A program made the translations under genes and the position numbers. From positions 1-64,000 of the forward strand of contig JALMLS010000376.1 of the NCBI GenBank assembly GCA_038496445.1: DNA of 64,000 nucleotides, read 5' to 3'. Each line of letters begins with the position of its first letter. Positions within the stretch are counted from its first letter, which is position 1. This DNA comes from Trichosphaerium sp. ATCC 40318. Taxonomy: Eukaryota > Protista > Tubulinea. This document shows, one piece after another, positions 23,902 through 38,153 of the stretch. The notes under the pieces were generated by a model. That model was not told the DNA's origin. It ran no database searches and was given only the letters and a program-made list of their open reading frames with translations.

Positions 23902-25440
23902 TTACACGAAACAGTTTTCGTTGTTTAGCATGTCGGTTGTCAACATGTCAGGATTCCAACATTTCAACTTAAATATACCAAAATAGTAATGGAAGCATGG
24001 TTGGCTAGAAAGCATCCTACTCAAACAGTAAGCACAAAAAACGACTTCCAAAAGCTATAAATTAAATGTGAGTACCTAACACATTGACCAAAGTGGTTTA
24101 CAATGAATGGCACAACAGATGACCTAGCATGCGCAACTGCACCAAAAGTGGAGCCAGGAGAGACAATTATATTATCACTTTCTCCCAATAGCCACATATC
24201 AATGATGGCATAAGCCAATCCATGCAAGTTAGGTGTAAAAACTTCCACTAAATCTGATCCAAACACATCTCTAAAGAGCTCACGGACATGAGTTGAGTCA
24301 GTTGCCAAAAAAAATTTACTCTTATGACCTTGCACGAGGAACTTTGCGCAACGTGCAAACGTTTGTAGATGAGATGGTGGAATAGCGAAAACTTCAGTTG
24401 CTCTATAAAGAAAACAAATGTCACTAAAATTGCGAAATGACAGGTTCAATAATAATTTTAGTACCTGATTTGAATACCTACAACCCGGTTTTCTTTAAAC
24501 TCGTTATCAACAATGTTATCAATTACAGCTTGAATAGCCTTTACTGGACGGAATAACCACTTTGAAAGCAATTCATAAATCTTATCTGCACCACTAAACA
24601 CTTCACATAGCTCATTTTGATGAAAGGAGTTGAGCATGATAGCAGGTAAAAACCTAAAACATCAACACGAGAATTTAGAAATCAAAAAGAAATGCTCACC
24701 ATGAATTCGCTTTTAAGTGCACAACGCGAACATCTGATGGTATACCAAGATCAGGATCACATACAATACCTTCATATGTTTGCTTATGAGTAGAAGCCCA
24801 ACGAAGAGGATGAGTACGTTTGTACTCAAAATCGATTCGATGGTTTGCTTTATTTTTTAAATCAATATTGTAATCTTTCATTATCCATCCAAAGTCTACG
24901 TCCTTAAAAGATTTTTGTTAGCTACTATAAGGTTTTGGTGGAGTGATTTACCTCAAAGAGGTCTGTATACTCTGCTGTGCACTGAGCTGTAACCTTCCAG
25001 TGTAGCAAAAATGCACGCTTTGTTTGCACTGAGAGAATGAAAGCAGACAATATTGCTTGTAACCTGTTGCCTAATCCAAAATCGCCAACCTCATAAACAA
25101 GTATGCGTTGTTGATCTATGGGTTTTTGCATCATCTCCCTGAAACAAAAAATATAAGCACAAGCATTTCAATAAACATTGAAAATGTCAAACAAAACAAA
25201 AAACAAAATGTGACACATACCTATGGAACTTTGTATAGCGACTTCTGAATGATGTAAAATAATCAGTATGTCTTTGTGTTCTATTTAATCCACTACATAT
25301 TTTCCTTGGGTGTCTCCATATATCAGTATCAGGCGGTTGTGCTGTCAACGGTTCTCGAGATAAGATACTCAAGTAAAAAAATATGCAAATAAGACAGATA
25401 ACAACTACCCATCGAATGACTAACAGTGTTTTCTTCTCTA
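23902..25440 (-). CDS. Type II membrane fucosyltransferase-like glycosyltransferase (GT23/GT37-like)
   Basis: N-terminal TM helix; GLGNRL, GIQIR, FFLATDS, DMWLL, STFG motifs. Start codon not resolved. Confidence 0.82.
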
Positions 25441-25699
25441 TAGATTTACTACATTATAAAACGTCAATTTACAAAAAAAAATGAATGTAGTTCTTTTCCG
25501 TAAATTTTCTGACAAAATCTGGCGTAGGTTTAGGCTAATTTTTTGTTCCGAAAAAACTATGCGCGTGCAACAACAACGTTTATACAGGACATGCGAAAAA
25601 AGTCTGCCTTTCCCGTGGAATTTTTTGTTCCGAAAAACGTCCAAAACAAAAATGACGTCAAGTTGTCATAAAATCTTTTTATGTTATTTGAATACGAAT

Positions 25700-26739
25700 C
25701 TAGTGGCGGCAAATGAAACAAAAATTTATGTTTTTCTTCCATAAAAGGTGTTTGTTTTTTTAAGTGGACGATATCGATAGTAGCAAACAAATAGTGCAGT
25801 GGCTTGCGTACAAGCGAAAAAATGTTGGCATAACCAACACGCCAAGTAGCGTCATCCACCAGAATGGCACGTATATTAACGTAATTATATTAAATGCGTA
25901 GCCAAGAGCAAGCGCTGTCTATGAGTAGTTAGAATGGTAAAAACCATAAAACCCTTCAATTTGTGTAAACAGAAAAAGTCTTTTTTGTAACTCAAACGCT
26001 TTGTTTTGTAGTAAACAACACCAAAATAAAGACCGTTGAGTAATTTTGTAGCTTTTGTCATTTCTTTTGTGCACGCGAACATATTTATAGGGGAGGAAAT
26101 ACTTGCCATGTTTTTCCGAAATGACGTTAGAAAGACTACGTACCCAACTGACGCTAAAAAGGCCGATAAAGCAATTAAAGGCGTATTTTTTCGGCAATAA
26201 TGCGGCCAATGCGGGCAGGCACATCCTAATCTTTTAGTTAGGCTTGTAATCATGCAAGTGTAACGCCATTCCTAGCTCTGTTTCGCGTCTAACATGAGCG
26301 GTTTTTTCAAGAAGAGGCTCAGAAACGAGCAAATCGTACCATATGAACAAGGCTTCTGCACTCACAGTGCTGATAAATGTGAAGAGCGAAGAGGTTTTCA
26401 AAGCACGCAACTACAAAAACAATTATTTATAAAATACATGTCTGCATTGCTCACGCTTTCGTGGGTACGTACAAACAATCTAAAAAACATGCTTCGTGGT
26501 TGAGAATTCTCGTTTCGTGTAGTTCAAAACCAGTGATGAGGTGGTAAAGAGTATGAAACTTTGTGTACTTCGGGTAAATAGTTTTCCTTCTGTTGCCGTT
26601 CGTGAGCTGTCAACGAAAAAAGACGAAATTTCTATTCAAACAACTCAACTTTGAAAACAAAAAAGCATAACTTGTCCACGCAATAGCGATCATACGTGCT
26701 ATTCATCTCATAAAAATTGAGATAGTTGGGGTAATCCAT
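25700..26739 (-). CDS. Hypothetical protein
   Basis: Open frames linkable through consensus introns (MDYPNYLNFYEM..., GCACPHWPHYC...). No recognised family; ends uncertain. Confidence 0.4.
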
Positions 26740-26820
26740 ACCCCAAAATTCCGGGTTGGGGGAGAAATATCGCCCAAAATTGCACGAATGCTCCCGGAGT
26801 GCACAAAAAGACACTTGCTG

Positions 26821-29800
26821 TTAGTCTTCAAATATGTGTATTGCATCAAAATTGAGGTCTTTACCAAGTACAAGATCCACCTTCTTGCCTCCAATTGAAA
26901 GCTCTTGTAACTTATCAGCGATAGAAACCCGCTATTTTTTACCGTTTTAATAAACTACATTTATAATCAGATAAATAACGTACTGGGTCCCCATTAGGAA
27001 CTAAACACACTAGTTTGGGGCAACATAAATCCTGACCTTTTAGAGCAGCATCCAGTAGTTCTATGCATTGCGGTAATTCTGTTTCTAACGTCATTCCATT
27101 TAATCTCAATCCACCATGAGAATATCGTAGCTCTCCAGATTCGATAACAAATGCTTCTATGGCTTGTTGTATCCTTCCAAGGTATCAATAATCGCAGCCA
27201 TTAACACTTGAACGTACTGAGGTGGTATCCGTAGTATAGTCCACACTAGTGAGCCTGCAAAGAAGATGCGACCGCTTGCGGAGCCATCTTGAGCGTTACA
27301 CATTAACCAGCTATTGAACTTGAATCTACAAAATCCTCTTAGTTACTTCCTTGTATACTACTGTATCGAATGTACTTACCTTTGTTGATGACAACCAAAA
27401 CAATAATTTTTTAGTACGCTATTTTTACACAAGGCACATCTACATACAAAAGTGTTAGTTCTTACGAACGATTCTTGGGTGTTAAAACAACGTACGTTGC
27501 GTACAAACGTATGCCAAATATTTCACATATTGTAATTGTTGTTTTGAAGATACGCCTATCAGTAAGCGGTTGTTCAAGGAATTCGATCAAATATTTATCA
27601 GGTACTTGTTCTTTCCTAAAAAATTCCGGTTAACATAAGTAAACCTTATCGAATGTTATTGTACCTGAATGTTGTCAAATCAGGATATTTTCCGTTGAAG
27701 AAGCATTCAACTGAAATACAAGAGTTTGATGTGAATTTGAAATATATCTTATGTTGCTGTGATTTATATCGCATCACATTAGAAAAAATGACTGTAGTTC
27801 CTTAACCACTATCAGGTACAGCATGTTGTGAAGCTATTTTAGTTAACCTTACCTTGAAGCATTGAAAGAGGGTACTCAGTTTCATAAAGATCCAAATACA
27901 TAAACGCAGTGTCCATAGTATTTGTATCTCTAACTTTTAAACGAATGCTTCCTTGACTTGTATTCATACGCCTTAAAAGTTTTAATCAATTATTTGAACA
28001 AGCAACATACGGTTTATCACCACTATATACCCATTCACCTGATGGAGGATAAAACGTCTTATCAATAACAATACATCTGAAACTAACTACAACACTGACA
28101 GCAGTATTGGGTTCGCACACTAGCAAGTCTCTAACACTAACAATAACAGATGTGTTAATATTTTAACCAAAGATGCATGTTGGTACCTTGATAGTTCCAA
28201 TTTAGAGGAGGGACATGAGTTGCGTAAAAAGCTTATATAATCAGGCTCTACTTGTATAACGTTGCAATCTGTTGTATTATCGTTCTCAGGAAACAACAAG
28301 TTGGTACTTTGAAAGATAATCTCATTGAAAAGAGCACCACCTCCTAGTTGCCGTAAGTTTTATTGATTCCTTAACTCCTTACCCGTTAATCTTCCACCAG
28401 TTGAATATGTAATATGGTTGTCAACCGCAGAAGCCAAAGTAGCCTTGGGTGTGAGAATCAGGATATGTCGGTTGAGCTGTGTATTTACCTTTGTTGTGAC
28501 GTAGCATTGGTTAGCATGAATAACATCACATAGGCTGCAGTCCTGTATTCTTATAATACATCGTTTTGTGACCTAACAAACTAAATTAGCTTAAGTTTTT
28601 TTCGAAAACTATGGTCGTGCCTTTTTTGGATACAAAATTAAAGCCTTCACTTGGAAATGTGTAGGATATTGTGATTTTCTAATAATCGACGTCTTATCTA
28701 CTATGAACAATACGAGAGAATGGACATTTGATATGGTTGATGGATACGGATCAGAACTGTAAAATATGGAGCTAATCTCATTGCTTACATCTTCATCTAG
28801 CACGCTATCAAAATATTTCTTACTTTGTTAGACACGTACCTTTCATTGGTAGAATTGTTATATTTTCTTTTGTGAAATGAATGTATGATAAAAAACCAAA
28901 GGAATCTTTTTGAGGTGCTATGTTTTCGATAACTATTGTGTAATCTGAAATCATTATCATTTCGCCAATATCTTTCAAACAAAGCTAGAAGTACTGTAAG
29001 TAACACCTTTTTTGATTCGAAAATAAGTGTACCCCAGTTACAGATACCAACACTTCGTTAGTACTATCTACCAACTTGAGACGCCCTGATACACTATCTG
29101 TCCTCAACACTCCCAGTAAGACAATATTTTCACCCACTGTATCACTATCAATTGTATCTACAAGTTGTTTAGAATTAACAAGGCTTAGGTCAAGTACAGT
29201 TAGTCCACTCAGTTGGCATATCCTTTGTTTTGAAATCTATAAATATAACAAGTTCATCAAATGATATAATGTGTGGTAGTAAATGTATATTCTCTAATCC
29301 AAACATAGAGCTGTTACCCAAAAACTCTTGAAAGCTATCACATCTCGGAACAAACGAGATAGATTCGCCAGCAGCCTCTAAAACAGACGAAATGTACTGC
29401 CTTAATAAACCCCTTTGCATATATTTTGCAAGCGTCTGAGACTACAATGTTAGTTATTGGCCATTGAGGGTAATAAAACTCGCTTACACGACTACCAAGA
29501 ATTTGTTTTGTGGATAGTATTGTACGAAATTTCTCTTTCAGTTTGTAGAATATTTCAAGCATCAGCCAAACCTGGTCTGAACACATTACATCCCAGTAAG
29601 GTCGGAACATGCTTTTTCGTTGTAGTAGAGGTTTGAAAGATGATGCTTGACTTTATAGTTATGTTAGCTAACAAGAACAATTTGCTTATCACTAACCTTG
29701 AAAACTGAATAATTCGAACGTGAGAGCATAAACTACAGCTGAACGCCTTTGATATGATAAGCAATACATCGCAGTGAATCGCAAGTGTACCTGAAGATCT

Positions 29801-31493
29801 CCATCTTTAGTGCAGATAGGCTTTACGGCATATAACTTTACCATTGCTCCTATGCGCAACCCTACAATTCGTTGTTACTTTAGCTATGATATCTTTAGGT
29901 GTATACCTCTTCCTCCACTTAGATTATCGAGGGGATAATGCCCCATTAAAAGTTTATATTTACTATCCAGTCGAAACATTGCATCTCCATAATATTCAGT
30001 GATTGTTCCGCTGTACGACGAAAATGGGTTTACAACTTGTTATTGTTTAAGTTTTTTTTTTTCGAACAGTCGATAGTGCTCGTACCTTCTTCTGATGTAG
30101 ACATGTTCATGGATTCAAACAAAGACTTATCTAAGAAATTAGAAACAATGGTTAAAGGAAGTTACGAACTTGAAGAATTAGTTGATTGCGATGACTGCGT
30201 GTCACGTGCCAACAAGAACGGATAAACAAAAGTGTATTTATCCTAGAAGAGCAAAATAAATACTTATTGTTCTACCTACGGTAGTACTTTTTTAGCTGAG
30301 CTTCTAAATTGATAAGCCTGACCACTTGAAACTAGAGTTATGTTCACAAACAAATACTCTTCATTAAGTTGTATAAACGATCGGAATCTGCGCAGTAGTT
30401 AAGGTTAGAAGCAATCTAGTACTGTACCTAATCGCAATGCCAGTTAACAGAATTACAATCGTACTCATGCCAGATATATCGCTAAGTTTGATATAGCAAA
30501 AGAGAGCTGAACCTAAACAATATGAACACGTGATTGTTTTGTAACAAGACTTTACCAAACGAGAGCACTGGAGATATGGCAGTAACTAAACCACTTATAT
30601 GAAAATACTGAGGGGAACCGATTTGTGTATGAACTACTTCTGATACATTCCTTTGCTTGTAGATACTACATAGCTTACTAACGAAGTGTGTTGTAACAGG
30701 AGATGACTTTTGTACCACAATTAGTTTCCAAATTTTTTTATACCACTACGTACTCCTGAAAGCTCACATTGAAGACCAGCAAACATCCAACGGTCTTGAC
30801 TAATACAGAAATTAACATATTTTGACTTAGCGATAATTGGTCGTTACCTTGGTAACGAAACTTTGACAGGCAACATGACGGCTTCGGTTATTTCTAAATA
30901 TCCAGCGTTCGGGTTTTTTTCATCTCCTGGAACCCATCTCCATGACCTCAAGAGTAACAATTTACCAAGGCGCTGTATAGGGTATTTCAAAAATACACAC
31001 GGAACCTTTATTGCACGTGTCAACATATCATTTTATTTCAGATATCAAAAATATCTTACTGATGCTGTATTGTCCGTTATGCATAAGTAAGGTTGAGTTT
31101 TTGAGCTACAACGCAATACGCCCACTACTAGAAACGGTCGAAATGAGACATCGTTTGGAGTGTCAAGCCATAGACTTTCAAGAGAAGAAGCTTGCAAATG
31201 GTCAATAACTGGAAAATTATTGCAATGAGCGTTACGTACTAATAGATTGATTGGTACCGCCAATGTGAGACAACGGTGTCAATACAGATCCTGATGGAAT
31301 TGTACATGGTGTATTAAGCGCGCTGGCAACTCTCTGTAGTGTTACGACGATGGCTTGTACAAGCGCTGACGCGTCACAACGCCCTCCCATAAATGTTTGG
31401 CATCTTTTTTTTTTGAATTAGGCTATAGCACCAGCACGTATGTATATACCTTTCAGTAGTGTTTCGACGCCATATAGCCGCATCTCTATCCAT
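26821..31493 (-). CDS. CTC1: CST complex subunit CTC1-like multi-OB-fold protein
   Basis: YLCITDNTASVPC...LGKLLLLRSWRWVP...GYLEI resembles the human CTC1 N-terminus as recalled (LYVRDNTG...LFLFPRWSYLP...GHLEL); ISGLVTAISPV; C-terminal Cys cluster followed by QDGSA. Confidence 0.72.
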
Positions 31494-31624
31494 TGACTGT
31501 CACAAATACTGGCTAGCAAGCGACTCTACATAATAGATACGCTCAGTAGTTGTCTACGAGCTCCTAAACGAAGAAACACAGCTGATGTCGACTTAATTGA
31601 AGGTAATTATTACAGAATTAATAA

Positions 31625-32923
31625 ATGGCACAACTAACGAAAGCACAGCGCGTCAGAGGGCTACTCCTAGGTATGCAAAACGACGTTTGTTTATCTCTAT
31701 TCACAGTATTTTGTAGGGCTTGCTGCTGGAGATCGCAATGGAGGACCTATACGTATGGTATGCTTTTTAAACAACTACCGTTAACAGTTAACTAAATCTT
31801 TGCACAGGCAGCACGATTAGGAGAATCGTTGGTAGAAAACAAAGGCTACAACAGGGAAGATGTGGTGACAAGATACTTTAACTGGTATAAAGGACCACCA
31901 CACGATGCAGGTACGTTAAAATGCTTAATTACAATAAAACGAGGCAAACGTAGCGTATTAGAAAAAGCATTTGACACCGGCGCGACATTTCAGATTACCA
32001 TGAATCACTTCGCCACTTGTACGTTCAGCTTTTCGTTTATCCTCAATTATTAACGCCTTGAAAACAGCGCATGACATCGACAAAGCCTCAGAGTTCACAC
32101 TAGAAAAGACAAATTCAGCAGGCATCAATCCAGCGCACAGAGGTATTAAAATACTGTATTTGAGTGGAGGTGTGACGTGATTTTATTAGCCGCTCCATTG
32201 GCTTGTTGCAAATTTATTTCGACAGACGACCTTGTGGCCATTGCTAAGCAAGAGTCGATGATAACTCACAAGCATGTCATATCTCAGGAGTTATGCAGTA
32301 TTATGAACGTCATGTGCCGTTCATTGATTGAAGGCTCTACTTGGAACGAAGCACGTACTCTCGCCAAGATGCTGTACAAAAACTCTTCCCAAGACGAGGT
32401 TCCAATACAACTTTACCCTTCAAAGTAACTTTGTATAATAACAGTGGATCTAGATCAAATTGATGTGGGGTTCTAAACCACTTCAAGCTCTAGACCAAGG
32501 AGGGTACTAAAACAATTACAAGCATTCGTTTTTTATTCTTACCTTTTTTTATCAGTTTTGGTCCTGGTGTAATGCAAGCAGCCCTACATTTTATGGATAA
32601 TTATGAAGGTATAGTTTTTATAATGAATATAGTTATCCTATTTCTTACGCTTTGATAATAGGCTTTTCAACAACGTTGAATGCTTCCCTCAAGTTCGCTG
32701 GAAGTGCTAATTACTGGTACGTAATATATGTGCATCAAGTGGTTTATCTGACATGTTCTTTAGCCCAGTTTTAGTTGGCGCATTGGCTGGCGCTCTCTAC
32801 GGACCACACAGCATTAGCGATGCAGACAAAGAACACATGTCTAAAAAATTGCAGTTTAGAGTGGAGAATTTCTCAAATGCTTTAGCAAAAGAGTGGGAGG
32901 AGCCTGTGTACAATGGTATGTAA
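31625..32923 (+). CDS. ADP-ribosylglycohydrolase (ARH/DraG) family protein
   Basis: RVRGLLLGLAAGD, AFDTGAT, SMITH, GALAGALYG after splicing. Confidence 0.85.
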
Positions 32924-33061
32924 ACAAAAATAAATTAGCTTTTATTTCTGTCTTCCACATCTTCAAACCAATGCTTTTGCCTCTACTACAAAAAAAAAAA
33001 AAAAAACCGTTGGAAGATTTGCTCAAAGTCAATCTTAGTCGAGAAAAAACTCAGTTCGAAG

Positions 33062-34612
33062 ATGTCAGAAATGGACAGCCCACATAAACGCGGTACAAAA
33101 AGGTAAAGTCAAACTAATATTCTCATGTGAATTTTAACGTATTTTAAACGTACATAAAGTTAAATAAATTATATAGGTCTAGAACACCGCCACAATCGCG
33201 CCGTAGATCGCCACATCGCTCAAGATCGCCTGTTCGTCGTTCTGGGTCACCACCACGTCCAAGATCGCCACCACGTCGCTCAGGATCACCTCACCACCGC
33301 TCTGGGTCACCCCCACCTCGCCCAAGATCGCCACAGCGTCGTTCTGGGTCTCCTCGCCACCGCTCGCGATCTAGGGGAAGAGCTAGGCCTGTTCAGTACA
33401 ATAACAGACCCCCACCACGTGAACCAAGTCCACAACATAGAAACTCCAGAGATACGGGCGGTACGTTAAAAATTAAACGTTCAACTTACAAACTTATTAA
33501 TTCGTATTTTAGACACTGTGAGCGTTTACGTTGGTAATTTACCATATGAGGCTTCTAAGCGAGACATTCAAGACTTATTTGAAGAATTTGGAAGGGTATA
33601 TGGCGTAGAACTACCACGCCAGCATCGCGGGTTTGGGTACGATATAGACCATGTAACCCATATGGTTTTTTTTTTTGTGCACGTGATTTTTGGGTTTGTT
33701 TTCTCATTTTTTTTTTTTGTTCAATGCTTTCATTTTATTACTCTTTTATTGACTTGGATCGCAAGGGAAATCTTTTCTCAAATTATTTATTCTATATTCT
33801 CTTATTATTATTGTTATTGCGTGTCGCACGTCACCGAACTATGTGCCAAGCAGTCGACTATTTTATCTTGATGTCAACGTATTTTTAAACTTGCATTAAT
33901 CATCATCATGATTATAACTCTTTACTATTTCTCGACTACTGTTATTACTATTGAAGGAACTACTATTTTATATTCTCTCGAGAAGAGTTTTTTTTGGTGA
34001 CCACATCCTTTTTTTGGGCACACAGAGAAACGATGAGCTTTCTTTCAGAAAAAAAATCATTCATTCATTGGCTATAAGGGTATTTTCTTACTGACCCCAC
34101 TCGTCAGATTTGTGCGTATGAACAAGAGAGAAGCAGATATGGCTGTAGATAAGCTCAATCGTAGCAAATTTCAAGGATTTTATATCAAGGTAGAAAAACT
34201 TTTACAAACATCCCTAGTATCACGTTCCCTTACAGTTTTTGATATAGGTGAATTGTGCTTATAGAGAGCCGAGACCTGGTGGCAGAGATAGCTACAGGGA
34301 AAACTACAGAGATGATCACCGAGGTAATAAATATAAAGCCTTTCAAAAGTTTCGTAAGGCAGAAAACCTTGAGTGTAACACTTCTGTTTAGAAAGCAAAA
34401 GAAGGCGTTACGAGCGTCCACGAAGCCCTCAATACCGAAGGAGAGAAGTATCTCCGCCGCGGGATAGGTACAGAGATCCTCGTAACGACAGAGAGCCACG
34501 CAATGATAGGAGAGACTATGGCGAACCCCCAATGTACTCAAATGCTATGGAAGACGCCTACAGATCTAGAGGTCCTATTCGATCTAGACATCGTGACTCT
34601 CGTGATCGTTAA
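33062..34612 (+). CDS. SR/Tra2-like RRM splicing factor
   Basis: RS/RSP repeats, RRM (VYVGNLPY...RGFGFV), R/D-rich tail. Confidence 0.9.
33241..33363 (+). repeat. Two ~60-nt coding tandem repeats (SGSPP.PRSP.RRSGSP.HR)
   Basis: tctgggtcacc...ccaagatcgcca...caccgc at 33241 and 33301. Confidence 0.8.
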
Positions 34613-34762
34613 AAAATAAAAAAAAAACATTCACAAGTAAAAAAGCCTTTCGGTTAAATGAAAGAAAAAGAAGTACAGAAAAAAAATGATAGATTGGCCG
34701 TTTATTATGTTCAACAGGATAATTTGTGATTTGGTTTACTAACAAATCTAGCAGGTCGTTGT

Positions 34763-37289
34763 TTAAGTCCAGTATGTGAAGGGTTTTATGTACTCAAACT
34801 CAATCAGCTTTAGTGTTTTGAATTCTTTGGTTTTTTCTTCCTCCTTTGAACCTTCTTTGCCACTACCAAAGCATTAGATGTTGCATTCAAAAAGTAGGGT
34901 GGGAAAAAAAAGTACGTTGAACTGGTCCACGGCCTAAGTCTATCTGCTCTCTCTTTATAATCAACCCACTCATCCCATCTGTTAGTCCATCCTTCATAAT
35001 GCACAAATATTTTTGATTCCTTCATATCAAGGACAGAACCTTTTTTTTTGACGTGTTAGAAATGGAAAATGAAAAAAGATGCCAAAAAAAATCTTACATG
35101 AGTAATACTTGTTTACTGTATCGATGCACTCCAAGATACCACCAACAAAAGGAGATGAAACCTTCAACTTTTGTTGAATTATCTTAGGTGTCAGAGCACA
35201 CTTTTCGAATGACGACATGTCAGCTTCTAACAATGGTGGTTAGAAACAACGCAAAAAAGAAATAGATTGACTCTTTTTCTGAAAAAAAATACTTTCAGAA
35301 AAAGTTGAGAAAGAAACTCGTACCAGGCACGTAAATTAGAAGATGCCTTTGTAGCCTTCGGCTATGAATCTTATACATATCTGAAATATTAATACCACTT
35401 TGTGACCAATGAGTCAAACTGTTTTTGAGTTCATCAACAACCTTCCTTTGCTCTTTGCAATAAGTCTCTTTTGTAAAATGATCCGTATAGTCCTTATCAA
35501 CTAACAAACACAACGTTAAACCAACACATATTCTCAAAAAAAACCGTACCAACAGGCCTGAATGTACCCTTAATATCCCTCCTATCAAACCAAGTGTGTA
35601 TAAACTCTGTCAGCTTGTATGATGTCTTCTGTTGAATTGAAGATGAGAACAGGAATCTGTTTTTATCTAGTTTAGCGGCTACTCGGCCAACAACTGAGTG
35701 CTTATTTGTAGTATAGACTAACAAGCTTCCAAGCGGCGGCCATGACCCAACTTCCAACCATAGACCCTTCCAGCTATGTTCTGGGGCATAGTTATACAGT
35801 GGACCTTCGAAATCATCCACTTCATAGTATTTCTATTGTAGTACAATTATAAACTCATGAACGCTTTGTATCAATAGAACGTACTTCAAGATAGGACTTC
35901 CAAATCCAATTTTGAGCTAAGAAGCTGCGCCACCGAAGACTAAGGCAGCTCATCTTTAACCTGGTATGTAGATTTAGCTTTTGGTTCCACGACATGTAGA
36001 AAGCATACAATTGTTGTGGTCTCAATAGTGGCATGATGTAGTACAAGAATACGTCCTGTGTAGGATCAATACTTTCTGTTTCTGGCCAAACAATATATTC
36101 ACCTGAACCTTCACTTACCTGCAAAGAAACACATTAACAAAAAAAGCAAACACAGGTGTACACGTACTGTATCGAATACATCACGGACATTTACCCCCTT
36201 CACGTCTCTCTTGTGAACAGGCATACCACCCATCTGGATTTGCTCACCAGGAGCTGAAAGGGCGGGAGCTTTCTCTTTGAGCATTTTTCTATAAAAAGCA
36301 TTTACATTAGCTTTCTGAGTTTTCTTCAAAAAACAAAAAGTACAAGGAAATGACATTACCTAGTGTAGTAGAATTTATCGCATACACCATCGACAAAAAA
36401 CTGTCTTTCCGTCTCTCGTCCGTCTTTTTCATATTTGATAGTCTCGCCATGTTTCTTATGGTTTTTCCAGTGACTCACTTTCTTAGGTTCTCCATGTTTG
36501 TAAAAAGTTTCTCTCTTTCCGTTAAGTTTATCCATCACATATTCCTCTTTTACATCTATTTGTCCATATTTATAGTATGTTATATGAAACCCGTTCCTCT
36601 TGCCGTTATGCCACTCACTCTCTGATAGTATTTGCTTGTCTTTGTAGTAAACTTTTTCAGTTCCATGCATTAAACCATCTACAAAAGTCGCGGTTGACTT
36701 GACTGTTCTAAAAAAGAAAGAGTAAACAAAATATTGTGTTAATAACATCCCCTTCAACAAACCCAGAAGACGCTGTCTACGGGTTGCAAAAAATGACGAA
36801 AAGGGCACGTGCAAGAGAAAACAAATACAACCCGACAAAGGTTGGAGCTTACCCAGTGTTATCCGTTCCAAAGTAACAAATGACTTCGCCGCATTTGTTG
36901 CCGTCCTTATAATGTCCAACAGTATAAGAGGCTCCACTACCGTGGTACGTATACGAGCTCCCGTCTTGTACCCACTCCTCAAACTTGCCTTGGTTTTGTC
37001 CTTTCACGTAATTGCTCTTGGCAATCAATTTACCAGAATAGCGGTCGTATCTACACTGCTCACCGTGCATCACATCATCCTCGAAGTACACCGTTTCTAT
37101 AACGCGTCTTTCTTGTCGCCAGTTCGGATAACACCATTTCTTCCACAATGACTTCTTTTCCAGTTTATCGTTAAATCGCGTCGTAACAGCTGCATGCTTG
37201 CAAAGTATAGGCCATTCTACGTTAGCTTTAATATCCTCCTGAATACGCTCAAGGATAGGCTCTGGTAGCCCAAGCAGACCGCTAAACAT
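34763..37289 (-). CDS. MORN-variant repeats + F-box + Tudor-knot/chromo-barrel protein
   Basis: HG...YY..G repeats; DVFLYYIMPLL...SCLSLRWR; IFVHYEGWTNRWDEWV; exons join in frame through consensus introns. Confidence 0.75.
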
Positions 37290-38153
37290 GCGTTAATTGC
37301 TTGGAAACACAAAAATAGGCTTTTTTTGTATTCTTGTGTTTTTTTTTCTAATACAGCACTATGATCGAGATTACCTACTTTTTGGTCGCCATGTGTTGTA
37401 AATACGACTTCTTACGCGGTTTCATTGCGCTTAATCGACAAAAGAGCCTTACTTGACTAAGCCAGAAAATCACAAAAAAAAAATAGTGTTTATTGCAGCT
37501 CCAAGGTCTATTAAACTCATTGCACTGTACAGAGCGGATAAGTGCAGGAGAGCATTTTACAACTTCAATAAGACGATACGATCTACCAGACAACCATTCT
37601 GGAATACACGTGACTGTGTACGTTGCGCTGGATTTACAGTCAGACACAACTTGTAGAAAACCAGTAGGCTTATGATGAGTAGCCGGCTACTTTATTTGAT
37701 AAAAAAGCTGCTGTATTGAACAAGTAAAGTAGCCCAGGAAATATTGTGAAGACAGCTGGCACACTTGACGATGCGAAGATATGGTACTGCTTTCAGAGTT
37801 CTCTTAGCTAAGGACACATGACAAAGTAACAAAAACAGCCGTCGGCACCAAGTCAGCCAACACCTATGCACATGACACGTGTTTGTTCTTCGTCAGGGAG
37901 ATCGATAAATTGATCTAAAGTGGTTTTGATTGTTTTTTTTAGCCTTGCAAACAGTTTTCCTATTGACGTTTTCTTGCTTTTGCTACAGAGTCATATAGAA
38001 TTGTGCGATCCCTAGTGGAGAACACAGCATATCCCACTCTAGGGAAACAAAAGCTTACATATACACTTTTATTTATTATGCTTGCTAAACACTATCTACA
38101 ATGAAACACCAGAGACAAAGGCTTGTCCAAAAAAAAAAGAATCAGACACATTT

